Shown one piece after another: positions 1-9,567 of a stretch of DNA of 30,648 bases; within the stretch, counting starts at the first letter, position 1; the number at the start of each line of letters is the position of its first letter. A model generated the notes under the pieces. The model made no database searches. It was not told the origin of the DNA and saw only the letters and a list, made by a program, of their open reading frames with translations. The DNA comes from a bacterium (GTDB lineage Bacteria > Sysuimicrobiota > Sysuimicrobiia > Sysuimicrobiales > Humicultoraceae), in assembly GCA_041497675.1 (NCBI GenBank), contig JBGQGY010000031.1:1-30648 (forward strand), read 5' to 3'. Position numbers and translations under genes: made by a program.

Positions 1-2
1 CC

Positions 3-1058
3 ACGGATCGGACCACGCCTGAGGCCCCAGATTTACAGAAGGCGCTGCGGGCGATGGTGGACCGAGGCTGCCGGTACGCCGCGGTGGAGGTCGCGTCGCA
101 CGCCCTCGCGATGGAGCGGGTCGCCGGCTGCCATTTCGAGGCGGGCGTCTTCACCAACCTGACCCGCGATCACCTGGATTTTCACAAGAGTATGGAGGCG
201 TACCTGGCGGCGAAAGCCCGGTTGTTCGCCACACTGCCGGACGACGGGTGGGTGGTGCTCAACACCGATGATCCGGCGCTGGCCGTACTGCGCGCAGTGA
301 CGCGCGCCCGCGTGATGACGTACGGGCTGCACGCGCCCGCCGACGTGCGCGGTCACGAATTGCGCCTGCACCTGCGTGGATCGGAGTTCGTGGCGGAGAC
401 GCCGGCCGGCAGCGCGCACGTGACGCTGCGGCTGGCGGGCGCGTTCAACGTCGCCAACGCGCTGGCTGCGCTGGCGGTGGGGCTGACCCAGGGCATCGCG
501 CTCGAGGTCGTCGCTGAGGCGCTGGCCTCGATGCCGGGGATTCCCGGCCGGTTCGAGTCCGTCGATGAGGGGCAGCCGTTTGCGGTGATCGTGGACTACG
601 CGCACACGCCGGACGGTCTCGATAACGTCCTGCGCACGGCGCGCGGGATCACCACAGGCCGTCTCATCGTCGTGTTTGGGTGCGGCGGTGATCGCGACAG
701 GACCAAGCGGCCGATCATGGGTCGCATCGCGGCGGAGCACGCCGACCGGGTGATCGTGACGTCGGATAATCCGCGCAGCGAGCCGCCACGGGCGATCATC
801 AATGAGATCACCCCCGGCGTCGACGCTGGCGCCGCGGGCCGCGCCGTGACCGTGGAGATCGAGCCAGATCGGCGGCGCGCGATCGGCCTGGCGGTCGGCG
901 CCGCCGCGCCCGGCGACCTGGTGCTCATTGCCGGGAAGGGGCATGAATCCTATCAGGAGGTCGCAGGCGTGCGGCACGCCTTTGACGACCGTCAGATCGC
1001 CCGCGAGGCGCTGCGCGCGTCACGGGCGGCCGCAAGCGGAGGGACAGGCGCACCGTGA
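3..1058 (+). CDS. murE: UDP-MurNAc-tripeptide synthetase MurE (5'-truncated by window edge), meso-DAP type
   Basis: Frame open from base 3 (TDRTTPEAPDLQ, the TTPE motif). Motifs NLTRDHLDFH, DYAHTPDG, FGCGGDRD, DNPR (meso-DAP specificity) and GKGHE. Stop overlaps the murF start (GTGA). Confidence 0.95.
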   Translation, partial: TDRTTPEAPDLQKALRAMVDRGCRYAAVEVASHALAMERVAGCHFEAGVFTNLTRDHLDFHKSMEAYLAAKARLFATLPDDGWVVLNTDDPALAVLRAVTRARVMTYGLHAPADVRGHELRLHLRGSEFVAETPAGSAHVTLRLAGAFNVANALAALAVGLTQGIALEVVAEALASMPGIPGRFESVDEGQPFAVIVDYAHTPDGLDNVLRTARGITTGRLIVVFGCGGDRDRTKRPIMGRIAAEHADRVIVTSDNPRSEPPRAIINEITPGVDAGAAGRAVTVEIEPDRRRAIGLAVGAAAPGDLVLIAGKGHESYQEVAGVRHAFDDRQIAREALRASRAAASGGTGAP

Positions 1059-2449
1059 GCCTACGCCTCAGGGTTGCAGACGTGCTGGCGGCGACGGGCG
1101 GACGCGCGCTGCCGCCGGAGATTGATCTCCCCGACGCCGTCACCGGCGTGGCGATCGACAGCCGCGTGGTGTCTGGCGGCGATCTGTTCGTCGCCCTGCG
1201 GGGCCCCCAGACCGACGGACATGCCTTCGTGGCCGACGCCTTGGGGCGCGGTGCGGCGCTGACGTTGATCGCGGATCCGCGGGCGGCCCGCGGGCCGGCG
1301 ATCGTCGTCGACGATACGCTGCGCGCGCTGGGCGCCATCGCCGCGCTGCACCGCCGCTCGCAGCACGCGACCGGGATCGGTATTACCGGCAGCGTCGGGC
1401 AGACGACGACCGTCGGACTGTGCGCAGACGTGCTGGCGCGGCGCTGCGACGTCCTGCGCTCGGCCCCCTCGTGGAACGCCGAGCTGGGTGTCGCGCTGAC
1501 GCTGTTGGGCCTGCAGGCCCATCACGACGTGGCCGTGATCGAGATGGCGATGCGCGGGCTCGGGCAGATTCGCGAACTGGTGGAGATGGCGGCCCCGCGC
1601 ATTGGGGCAGTCACGAACATCGCCGACACACATCTGGAGCTCCTGGGATCGCGTGAACAGATCGCCGCCGCCAAAGCGGAACTGCTCGACGGGCTCCCGG
1701 CCGACGGCGTCGCCATCGTCAACGCAGACGAAGCCTTGACCGAGCGGCTTCTCCGCGACGTCCGCTGCTCGGTGGTGACCGTGGGCATCACGCACCCTGC
1801 CGACGTGCGGGCGACCGAGATCACGCGGACCAACGGCGGCTACGCGTTCCATCTGCGCGTGCACGATCAGGAGACCCCGATCTATCTGCCGCTGCCGGGC
1901 GGCCATCAGGTCCGCAACGCGTTGGTGGCCGCGGCGGTGGGTCACGCAATGGGGTTGAACCTGTCAGAGATCCGCGAGGGTCTCGCCGGTACCCACCCGG
2001 CCAAGATGCGGCAGGATGTGGTGATGGTCGGCGATGTGATGCTGATCGACGACTCGTACAACGCCAGCCCGCAGTCGATGGCCGCCGCGTTCGACGTGCT
2101 CGCTCAGGTCGGCGGCCGGCGGCGGCGGGTGCTGGCGCTTGGAGAGATGCGCGAGCTGGGCCCGCAGTCCCACGAGTTTCATCGCCGTGTCGGCCGCGAG
2201 GTGGCCGCGCTGGAACCGGCCTTTCTGCTGGTGGTCGGGCCGAACAGCCGCTGGTATTTGGAGGGCGCAGTGGACGCGGGGCTGCCGCTGGCCTCCACGG
2301 CCGCGGTGACGACGACGGATGAGGCCGCACGAGTGCTTCAGACCGTGCTGCGGCCCGGCGATGTCGTGCTCGTCAAGGGCTCGCGGGCCATCGAGATGGA
2401 GCACGTGGTCCAGGCCTTGCGAGAGGGCCAGCCGGTGAGCCAACCGTGA
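1055..2449 (+). CDS. murF: UDP-MurNAc-tripeptide--D-Ala-D-Ala ligase MurF (P-loop Lys reads as Gln)
   Basis: IDSR, FVALRG, DGHAF, GITGSVG(Q)TTT, DDSYNASP, LGEMRELG, LVKGSR motifs. Sits between murE and mraY; GTG start overlaps the murE stop. Confidence 0.93.
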   Translation: MSLRLRVADVLAATGGRALPPEIDLPDAVTGVAIDSRVVSGGDLFVALRGPQTDGHAFVADALGRGAALTLIADPRAARGPAIVVDDTLRALGAIAALHRRSQHATGIGITGSVGQTTTVGLCADVLARRCDVLRSAPSWNAELGVALTLLGLQAHHDVAVIEMAMRGLGQIRELVEMAAPRIGAVTNIADTHLELLGSREQIAAAKAELLDGLPADGVAIVNADEALTERLLRDVRCSVVTVGITHPADVRATEITRTNGGYAFHLRVHDQETPIYLPLPGGHQVRNALVAAAVGHAMGLNLSEIREGLAGTHPAKMRQDVVMVGDVMLIDDSYNASPQSMAAAFDVLAQVGGRRRRVLALGEMRELGPQSHEFHRRVGREVAALEPAFLLVVGPNSRWYLEGAVDAGLPLASTAAVTTTDEAARVLQTVLRPGDVVLVKGSRAIEMEHVVQALREGQPVSQP

Positions 2450-3417
2450 GCACCGGCCTGTCGCTGCCGGCGCAGATGGTGCTGGCCGCCGCGATCGCCG
2501 CCGTCGTGGTGATCCTGGCCGGACCTCGCGCGGTATCGCTGCTGGCCGGTTGGGCGCGGCAGCACATCCGCGAGGACGCCCCGGCCCGCCATCAGGGCAA
2601 GGCGGGCACGCCCACCATGGGTGGGCTGCTGATCGTCCTGGCCGTCCTCGTGGGATCGGTCGTCGCGGGGGGACTCCAACCGCCGCTCCTCTTCGGTCTC
2701 GGAGCGATGCTCGTGTTTGGCGGGATCGGGCTGCTCGATGATGTCTTGAAGATCCAGCGCAACCGCAACCTGGGGCTGCGCGCACGCGAGCGTGTGATGC
2801 TGCAGGTCGCCGCCGCCGCGGTCCTGGGGTGGGTGGCGGCCGGCGCGCCGTGGATCGGCACGGACGTCGCGGTGCCGTGGCGGGGGACCATCAATCTGGG
2901 ACCGTGGTACATCCTCTTCGTCATGCTCTTTGTCGTCGGGTTTGCCAACGCTGTGAACCTCACCGATGGGCTCGACGGGCTGGCCGCGGGTCTGGTCGCG
3001 CTCGCGGCCGTTGGTCTGGCCGTGATTGGCTGGGCGGGTCTTCACCCATCGGCCGCGGTGCTGGGCTGCGCCGTTGCCGCATCGGCCGCCGCGTTCCTGC
3101 GCCTGAACGCGCACCCGGCGCGCGTCTTCATGGGCGACGTGGGATCGAACGCGTTGGGCGCCGTGCTGGCGGCGCTCGCGATCATCACCAAGAGCGAGCT
3201 CGCCTTGATCGTCCTCGGCGGCGTCTTTGTCGCCGAGGCGCTCTCGGTCATCCTGCAGGTGGTGTATTTCAAGAGCACCGGCGGCCGCCGGATCTTTCGC
3301 ATGAGTCCTCTCCACCATCACTTTGAATTGGCGGGGTGGCGCGAGCAGGACGTCGTGCGGCGATTCTATCTCGTCGGTCTGCTGTGTCTCCTGCTGGGCA
3401 TGCTGGTGGTCGCATGA
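2446..3417 (+). CDS. mraY: Phospho-N-acetylmuramoyl-pentapeptide transferase
   Basis: KAGTPTMGG, LLDD, NAVNLTDGLDGLA, FMGDVGS and PLHHHFEL motifs; hydrophobic multi-pass protein. Confidence 0.97.
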   Translation: MSTGLSLPAQMVLAAAIAAVVVILAGPRAVSLLAGWARQHIREDAPARHQGKAGTPTMGGLLIVLAVLVGSVVAGGLQPPLLFGLGAMLVFGGIGLLDDVLKIQRNRNLGLRARERVMLQVAAAAVLGWVAAGAPWIGTDVAVPWRGTINLGPWYILFVMLFVVGFANAVNLTDGLDGLAAGLVALAAVGLAVIGWAGLHPSAAVLGCAVAASAAAFLRLNAHPARVFMGDVGSNALGAVLAALAIITKSELALIVLGGVFVAEALSVILQVVYFKSTGGRRIFRMSPLHHHFELAGWREQDVVRRFYLVGLLCLLLGMLVVA

Positions 3418-4907
3418 CGTCCCCGGGCGCGCGCGTGCAGGATGTGCTGGCGCGGTTGCGCGGCCGGCGGATCCATGTGCTGGGGCCGTCGGGGACCGAG
3501 GGGTCATCGGTCATCGACTTTCTGGTGCAGCACGCTATCACCACGGTCACCGCGCACGATCTCGAGCCGGCCGAGCGCTTTGCCGACACGGTTGCGCGCA
3601 CACACCGGTGGCTCGACGCTGATGGTCGCGCGGCCTTGATCCGGCGGCTGCAGGCGGCACCGATCGCGTGGCGTCAGGGCGCGGCCTATCTCCAAGGGCT
3701 GGACGACGCCGAGGTGATCGTCGTCCCGCAGTCGTGGATGCGCCATCCGCAGAACGGGCCGGTTCGCGACGCGGCGCGACGCGGCGTGCCGCTATCGAGC
3801 ATGACCCAGTTGTTCTTCGAAGTCTGCCCGGGACCAATCCTTGGCGTCACCGGCACCAACGGCAAATTCACCGTCGTGACGCTGATTAGTTCGATGCTCC
3901 AGGCGGCCGGGATCCCGATCGTGACCTCGGGGAACGACCGCACGCACGTCCCGGCGCTGGCGGCGCTCGATCGGCTGACCCCGCAGACCTGGCTGGTGCT
4001 GGAGATCAGCAACCGCCAGCTGGTTGGCTTGCCGTACAGCCCCCACGTCGCGGTGGTGACCAACATCGCGCCGCACCACCTCGACGATCACGGGTCGATG
4101 GAGGCGTACGCCGACGCCAAGCGCACCATTGTCCGCCACCAGTCGTCGCGGGATCACGCCGTGCTCAACGCCGACGACCCGCGGGTCGCGCGATTTGCGG
4201 AGGGCGCAGAGTCTCGCGTCCACTGGTTCAGCCGGCGGCGACCGGTGCCGGTCGGGGCCTGTGTCGACGATGCGCGGATCGTGATCGCGGGCTCGACGCC
4301 TGCGGCCGTGTTGCCGGTGTCCGAGATCGGCATGCCGGGCGCGCACATGATCGAAAACGCGCTCGCGGCGACGGCGGCCGCTGCGATCGCGGGCGCGGGC
4401 CGCGAATCGATCGCCTCCGTGCTGCGGGCCTTTCGTGGGCTCCCATACCGCTTTCGAATCGTCGGGGAGCGGGAGGGGATAACATTTTATGAAGACTCGT
4501 TGGGCACGAATCCGACGTCGGCGGCCGCGGCGATCGCCGGCATGACGCGGCCATTTCATCTCGTCGCAGGCGGCGTGCGCACGTCCGCCCGCGCGGAGGA
4601 TTTCGTGCCGATGGCGAAGGCCCTCGGCGCCTCGCCCGTGAAGGGCGTCTACCTGATCGGAACGACGGCGGCGTTGCTCTCGGAGGTGTGTGCCGACCTG
4701 CCGGGTCACCCGCGCGTGGTGCAGGCGGGGACGCTGGATGCGGCGATGGCCCAGGCATGGGAGGCGGCGGCGCCGGGTGACGCGATCCTGTTGTCCCCGG
4801 GGTGTGAGAGCTTCGATCAATTCGCGGACTACCGCGCTCGCGGCGATCGCTTTTGCGCGCTCGCGGAGCAGTTACCCGCACGGGCGGGTACGCGGACCCC
4901 GGTATGA
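3414..4907 (+). CDS. murD: Divergent MurD-family ligase (UDP-MurNAc-L-Ala--glutamate ligase)
   Basis: ATG at 3414 overlaps the mraY stop (ATGA). GVTGTNGK P-loop and C-terminal LLSPGCESFDQFADYRARG; murD position between mraY and ftsW. Several other motifs are atypical (see findings). Confidence 0.85.
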   Translation: MTSPGARVQDVLARLRGRRIHVLGPSGTEGSSVIDFLVQHAITTVTAHDLEPAERFADTVARTHRWLDADGRAALIRRLQAAPIAWRQGAAYLQGLDDAEVIVVPQSWMRHPQNGPVRDAARRGVPLSSMTQLFFEVCPGPILGVTGTNGKFTVVTLISSMLQAAGIPIVTSGNDRTHVPALAALDRLTPQTWLVLEISNRQLVGLPYSPHVAVVTNIAPHHLDDHGSMEAYADAKRTIVRHQSSRDHAVLNADDPRVARFAEGAESRVHWFSRRRPVPVGACVDDARIVIAGSTPAAVLPVSEIGMPGAHMIENALAATAAAAIAGAGRESIASVLRAFRGLPYRFRIVGEREGITFYEDSLGTNPTSAAAAIAGMTRPFHLVAGGVRTSARAEDFVPMAKALGASPVKGVYLIGTTAALLSEVCADLPGHPRVVQAGTLDAAMAQAWEAAAPGDAILLSPGCESFDQFADYRARGDRFCALAEQLPARAGTRTPV

Positions 4908-6085
4908 GCCGCGCGTTGCCCGTGCTCAATCGGCACCAGGCGGACACGACCCTATTTGCGAGCGCGGTGGCGCTGGCCGCGATTGGGCTCGTGATGGTGT
5001 ACAGCGCCAGCAGCGTGGTCGCCTACGACCGGCTCGCCGACAGCGCGTACTTTCTCAAGCGCCAGGCGGCGTGGACGGCGCTGGGCTTCGCCGCGCTGTG
5101 GCTGGCCCGCGGCATCCACTATCAGCGGTTGCGCGCCTTTACCGTTCCGGTGCTCGTGCTGGCCGCGCTGATGCTGGTCGCCGTGCAGATCCCCGGGATC
5201 GGTCGTGTCGCGGGCGGGGCGCGGCGGTGGTTGGTCGTAGGACCGATCACCTTCCAGCCGGTCGAACTGGCGAAACTCGCGCTGGTGTTATATCTTGCCC
5301 ACTTCCTGGCGCACCGTGGAGTGAGCATCCGCAACCTGCGGCGGGGCGTGCTGCCGCCGCTGGCGATCGCCACCGGGCTGGCGGTGTTGGTGCTCCGGCA
5401 GCCCGACATGGGATCGGCGATGGTACTGGGCGCCGTGACGATGAGCCTGCTGTTCGTGGGTGGCGCCCGCATCGTCCACCTGGCGCTGATCGCCATCGCG
5501 GCGCTGCCGGTTGTCGGGCTCGCGGTCGTCATCGCCCCATACCGGTTTCAGCGGATCCTCGCCTTCCTGAATCCGTGGCACGACCCGCAGGGCGCGGGGT
5601 TCCACATCATCCAATCCCTGCTGGCGTTTGGCTCGGGAGGGCTCTTTGGCGTCGGGCTCGGGGCCAGCCGCCAGAAGTTCTTCTATCTGCCCGAACGTCA
5701 CACGGACTTCATCTTTGCCATCCTGGGGGAAGAACTTGGATTGCTGGGGACGCTTGGGCTGCTCGCAGTCTTCGGGCTCTTTATTTATCGCGGTTTTCGC
5801 ATCGCCCGCGCCGCTCCGGATCGCTACGGGGCGCTGCTGGCGTTGGGCATCACCGCCAGCGTCGCGGGTCAGGCGTTGATGAACATGGGAGTCGCCACCG
5901 GATTGCTGCCGGTCACCGGCGTGCCGCTGCCTTTCGTGAGTTTCGGCGGCACCTCGCTGGTCACGACGATGATCCAGGTCGGCATCTTGCTGAACATCTC
6001 GCAGTACATGCGGGGCGAGACGCCCGTTGCCGTGCAGTCACGGCCTGATGCGCTCCCGGTTGCCCGCGCGATCGGATCCTCATGA
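4904..6085 (+). CDS. ftsW: SEDS peptidoglycan glycosyltransferase FtsW
   Basis: ATG 4904 overlaps the murD stop. GLVMVYSAS, GARRW, FQPVELAK, QPDMGS, YLPERHTDFIFA and GVPLPFVSFGGTS motifs. Confidence 0.95.
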   Translation: MSRALPVLNRHQADTTLFASAVALAAIGLVMVYSASSVVAYDRLADSAYFLKRQAAWTALGFAALWLARGIHYQRLRAFTVPVLVLAALMLVAVQIPGIGRVAGGARRWLVVGPITFQPVELAKLALVLYLAHFLAHRGVSIRNLRRGVLPPLAIATGLAVLVLRQPDMGSAMVLGAVTMSLLFVGGARIVHLALIAIAALPVVGLAVVIAPYRFQRILAFLNPWHDPQGAGFHIIQSLLAFGSGGLFGVGLGASRQKFFYLPERHTDFIFAILGEELGLLGTLGLLAVFGLFIYRGFRIARAAPDRYGALLALGITASVAGQALMNMGVATGLLPVTGVPLPFVSFGGTSLVTTMIQVGILLNISQYMRGETPVAVQSRPDALPVARAIGSS

Positions 6086-7212
6086 AGGTGATCATCACCG
6101 GCGGGGGCACCGGGGGACATATCTATCCCGGGATAGCCATTGCCGAAGCGCTGCGGCGCCGGAAACCGGAGACCGCCATCCTGTTCGTCGGCGGAGATCG
6201 ATTCGAAGCCCGCGCCGTCCCCGACGAAGGGTGGGCGTTTGCGTCGATCACCGCGGCCAGGATGCCGCGCCGCCGCGGTCTGGGCACGATATGGTCGGCC
6301 GCGGTCATGGGCGCCGGCGCGGCACACGCGCTTTGGCTGGTGGCACGCTGGCGGCCCGATGTCGTCGTGGCGACCGGGGGCTACGTGTGCCTGCCGGTTG
6401 GCGCGGCCGCAGCGGTGCTGGGCAAGCCACTCGTTCTCCAAGAGCAAAACGCGATACCCGGACAGGCCACGCGCCTGCTGGCCCGCTGGGCGCGGTCGAT
6501 CTCCGTCCCACACGCGGCCGCGGCCGGGCGGCTCCCCGGCCGGCGCACTGACGTGACTGGGGTCCCCGTTCGCCGGCGGGCGCTGGAGGGCGATCGGCGG
6601 CGCGGACAAGAGCGCTGGGGATTGTCCACCGACCGCCTGACACTCCTGGTGATCGGCGGCAGCCAGGGCGCGCTCAACGTGAACCGGGGCGTCTGCCGCA
6701 TGGCCGATCTGCTCATGTACGACTCGCGCCTGCAGATGCTGCACCATACCGGCGCGGAACATCTGCAGTGGGTCAGGCAGACGATCGGACATCGCGAGCA
6801 CGTTGGCCCGCCGGCCATCCGGCACATCGCGGTGCCGTTCCTCGATCCGGTCGGCGACGCCTATGCGTGCGCGGATCTGGTCGTGTGTCGCGCGGGCGCG
6901 TCGACGCTGGCGGAAGTCACCGCGTGGGGTCTGCCGGCGATCCTGGTGCCGTATCCTCATGCCGCCGACAATCATCAAGAGGAGAATGCCGCCGTCCTTG
7001 AGCGCGCCGGAGCCGCCGTGCGGGTTGCGGATCGCGCCCTCGAAGGGACGGCGCTGGTCGATACCGTGCTGGCGCTGATCGGCGATCACGCGCGCCGCGA
7101 GAAGATGAGTCAGGCCAGCCGGGGTCTGGGCCGGCCCGATGCGGCGGATGTCGTGGCGGGGATCGTTCTATCGATGACGTCGCAGCGATCGGCGCAGGAG
7201 GCGAAGGCGTGA
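6082..7212 (+). CDS. murG: Undecaprenyl-PP-MurNAc-pentapeptide GlcNAc transferase
   Basis: GGGTGGHIYPG, TGGYV, EQNAIPG, GGSQGA, RAGASTLAE and HQEENA motifs. Confidence 0.96.
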   Translation: MKVIITGGGTGGHIYPGIAIAEALRRRKPETAILFVGGDRFEARAVPDEGWAFASITAARMPRRRGLGTIWSAAVMGAGAAHALWLVARWRPDVVVATGGYVCLPVGAAAAVLGKPLVLQEQNAIPGQATRLLARWARSISVPHAAAAGRLPGRRTDVTGVPVRRRALEGDRRRGQERWGLSTDRLTLLVIGGSQGALNVNRGVCRMADLLMYDSRLQMLHHTGAEHLQWVRQTIGHREHVGPPAIRHIAVPFLDPVGDAYACADLVVCRAGASTLAEVTAWGLPAILVPYPHAADNHQEENAAVLERAGAAVRVADRALEGTALVDTVLALIGDHARREKMSQASRGLGRPDAADVVAGIVLSMTSQRSAQEAKA

Positions 7213-8630
7213 TCCCCGCGGGCGGACACGTGCACTTCATCGGGATCGGCGGCGCGGGGATGAGCGCGCTCGCGCAGGTGTTGGCCGCGCGTGGTCTCGT
7301 GGTCTCCGGGTGCGACCTCCGGGCGTCGGAAGCCACGGGCCGGCTGCGGCGCGCGGGGTGCGTGGTGGAGGTCGGTCACAGTCCCGCGCACCTGCGCGGG
7401 GTCGACGTCGTGGTGGTGTCGCGGGCGATTGCGGGCGATACCGAAGAGTTGCGCGCCGCGCGCGACCTGGGACTTCCCATCAGGCATCGCGCCGAGGTGC
7501 TGGGGTACGTGATGGCCGCCGGACGGTCGATCGGCGTGGTCGGGACCCACGGTAAGACGACGACCACCGCGATGCTGGCCCGCGTCCTGATCACCGGTGG
7601 GTGCGATCCGACGGCGCTCATCGGCGCCGACGTGTCCGAATACGGCGGCAACGTGCGTATCGGCGGCGGTCAGTGGATCGTCGCGGAAGTCGACGAGAGC
7701 GACGGGTCGTTGTTGCACGTGACCCCGTTTGCGGCTGTGCTGACGAGCCTCGACGTGACGGATCACCGGGACTACTACACGTCCGTGGGACATCTCACCG
7801 ACACGTTCCTACGATTTCTGCGCGGGGTCGACGACCGGGGCTACGTGGTGCTGTGCATCGATCATCCGGAAGTGCGCCGTCTTCGCGAGCACCTCGCGCG
7901 GCCCATCATGACGTACGGGTTCTCGGCCGATGCCGACGTGCGCGGCGAGATCATCGCGATCCAGAGCGCCACCACCCGGACGGCCCTGTGGTACGGTGGC
8001 CGGCCTACCGGTGAGCTCGTGCTCGAGGTCCCGGGCCGGCATAACGTCTCCAACGCGTTGGGCGCCATCGCGGCCGCGGCACAGGCCGGCGTGCCGGTCG
8101 AGACCGCCGTCGACGCGCTGCGACTGTTTCGGGGCGCCTCGCGTCGGTTTGCGGTCCGCGGGGAAGCCGGCGGCGTGCTCGTGGTGGACGACTACGCCCA
8201 CAACCCGGTCAAGGTCGCGGCGGTGATACGCGCCGCGCGCGAAGGGTGGCCGCACCGCCGGCTCATCGTCTTGTTCCAGCCCCACCGCTTCTCGCGCACC
8301 CGCACAACGTTCGCCGAATACGGCGGCGCGTTTCAGGCCGCCGACGAGGTGGTCGTCACCGAGATCTACGCGGCGGACGAAGCGCCACTGCCCGGCGTCA
8401 GCGCGCGGTTGATCGTGGACGAGATCGCCCGACAGCGGCCGGTGCATTTTCGGCCCGGCACCGATGACGCGTTGGATCTGCTCGAGAGTCTGGTGACCCC
8501 GGGCGACATGGTGCTGACGCTGGGGGCGGGCGATATCGGCGGGGCGGCGGATACGTTCCTGGCCCGGCTGTCGGCGCGCGATGCGGGGGGCCGCGCCCAG
8601 GCCGGCGTGCAGGCGGAGGGCCGGTCCTGA
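7209..8630 (+). CDS. murC: UDP-N-acetylmuramate--L-alanine ligase
   Basis: HFIGIGGAGMS, GTHGKTTT, EVDESDGS, DDYAH, FQPHRFSRT and LTLGAGDI motifs; GTG start overlaps the murG stop. Confidence 0.93.
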   Translation: MIPAGGHVHFIGIGGAGMSALAQVLAARGLVVSGCDLRASEATGRLRRAGCVVEVGHSPAHLRGVDVVVVSRAIAGDTEELRAARDLGLPIRHRAEVLGYVMAAGRSIGVVGTHGKTTTTAMLARVLITGGCDPTALIGADVSEYGGNVRIGGGQWIVAEVDESDGSLLHVTPFAAVLTSLDVTDHRDYYTSVGHLTDTFLRFLRGVDDRGYVVLCIDHPEVRRLREHLARPIMTYGFSADADVRGEIIAIQSATTRTALWYGGRPTGELVLEVPGRHNVSNALGAIAAAAQAGVPVETAVDALRLFRGASRRFAVRGEAGGVLVVDDYAHNPVKVAAVIRAAREGWPHRRLIVLFQPHRFSRTRTTFAEYGGAFQAADEVVVTEIYAADEAPLPGVSARLIVDEIARQRPVHFRPGTDDALDLLESLVTPGDMVLTLGAGDIGGAADTFLARLSARDAGGRAQAGVQAEGRS

Positions 8631-9544
8631 TGCCCGCGACGACCCTCGCGGGGATCGAACGCCGCCTGCGTGAAAGCGTGCGGGACGTCCGGCGCGACGC
8701 GCCGCTCGCCCGCCACGTGGCATTCCGCATCGGCGGCCCGGCCGACGTCCTCGTTATTCCGCGGAACGTGGGCGAACTGCGCGCGGCGATGCGCGTCCTC
8801 ACCAACGAGGACATCAGGCCGACAGTCATTGGCGCGGGATCGAACGTCCTCGTGGGAGATCGGGGCATCCGGGGCATCATCGTGAAGATCGGCAAGGGTG
8901 TGGACCGCGTCGAAATTGACGGCGAACGCGTCACCGCGGAGGCGGGGGCCGGTCTGCCCGCGCTGGCGTTGCGGTGCGCCCGGGCGGGATTGGCGGGGGT
9001 GGAGTTTGCCGCCGGCATCCCGGGATCGGTGGGCGGGAGCGTGGTGATGAACGCCGGCGCGCACGGTCACGCAATCGAAGACGTGATCGAGGCGGCCGAC
9101 GTGTACACGCCCGATGGCGATCGGCGCCTCGACCGCGCGGCCCTGGGATTCGCCTACCGCCTATCTGTTGTGCAGCACCACCCTTGGGTCGTAATCTGCG
9201 CGACGTTTCGCCTCCAGCGCGGCGATCCCGCAGCCATCATGGAGCGTCTGACCGCCTGGCTGGCGCACCGCGGTGCCACGCAGCCGATCGGTCCGCCGAG
9301 CTCGGGCTGCATGTTTCGCAATCCGCCCGGTGATCACGCGGGACGCCTGATCGACATAGCCGGGGGCAAGGGGTTGACGGTGGGTGGCGCCAGGGTCTCC
9401 GAGGTCCACGCAAACTACATCGTGAATGAAGGAAGCGCAACCGCATCCGACGTGATGGCGCTTGCGGAACAGGTTAAGGTGCGCGTGCGTGAGCGTACCG
9501 GTACGATCCTGGAGATGGAGGTCAAACTTCTCGGCGAATTCTAG
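8630..9544 (+). CDS. murB: UDP-N-acetylenolpyruvoylglucosamine reductase (short type II, Cys variant)
   Basis: RIGGPAD, GAGSNVLV, GIPGSVGG, MNAGA, GCMFRNP and HANYIVN motifs; TGATG overlap with murC. Confidence 0.95.
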   Translation: MPATTLAGIERRLRESVRDVRRDAPLARHVAFRIGGPADVLVIPRNVGELRAAMRVLTNEDIRPTVIGAGSNVLVGDRGIRGIIVKIGKGVDRVEIDGERVTAEAGAGLPALALRCARAGLAGVEFAAGIPGSVGGSVVMNAGAHGHAIEDVIEAADVYTPDGDRRLDRAALGFAYRLSVVQHHPWVVICATFRLQRGDPAAIMERLTAWLAHRGATQPIGPPSSGCMFRNPPGDHAGRLIDIAGGKGLTVGGARVSEVHANYIVNEGSATASDVMALAEQVKVRVRERTGTILEMEVKLLGEF

Positions 9545-9567
9545 CGACGATCATCGCCGTACACACC

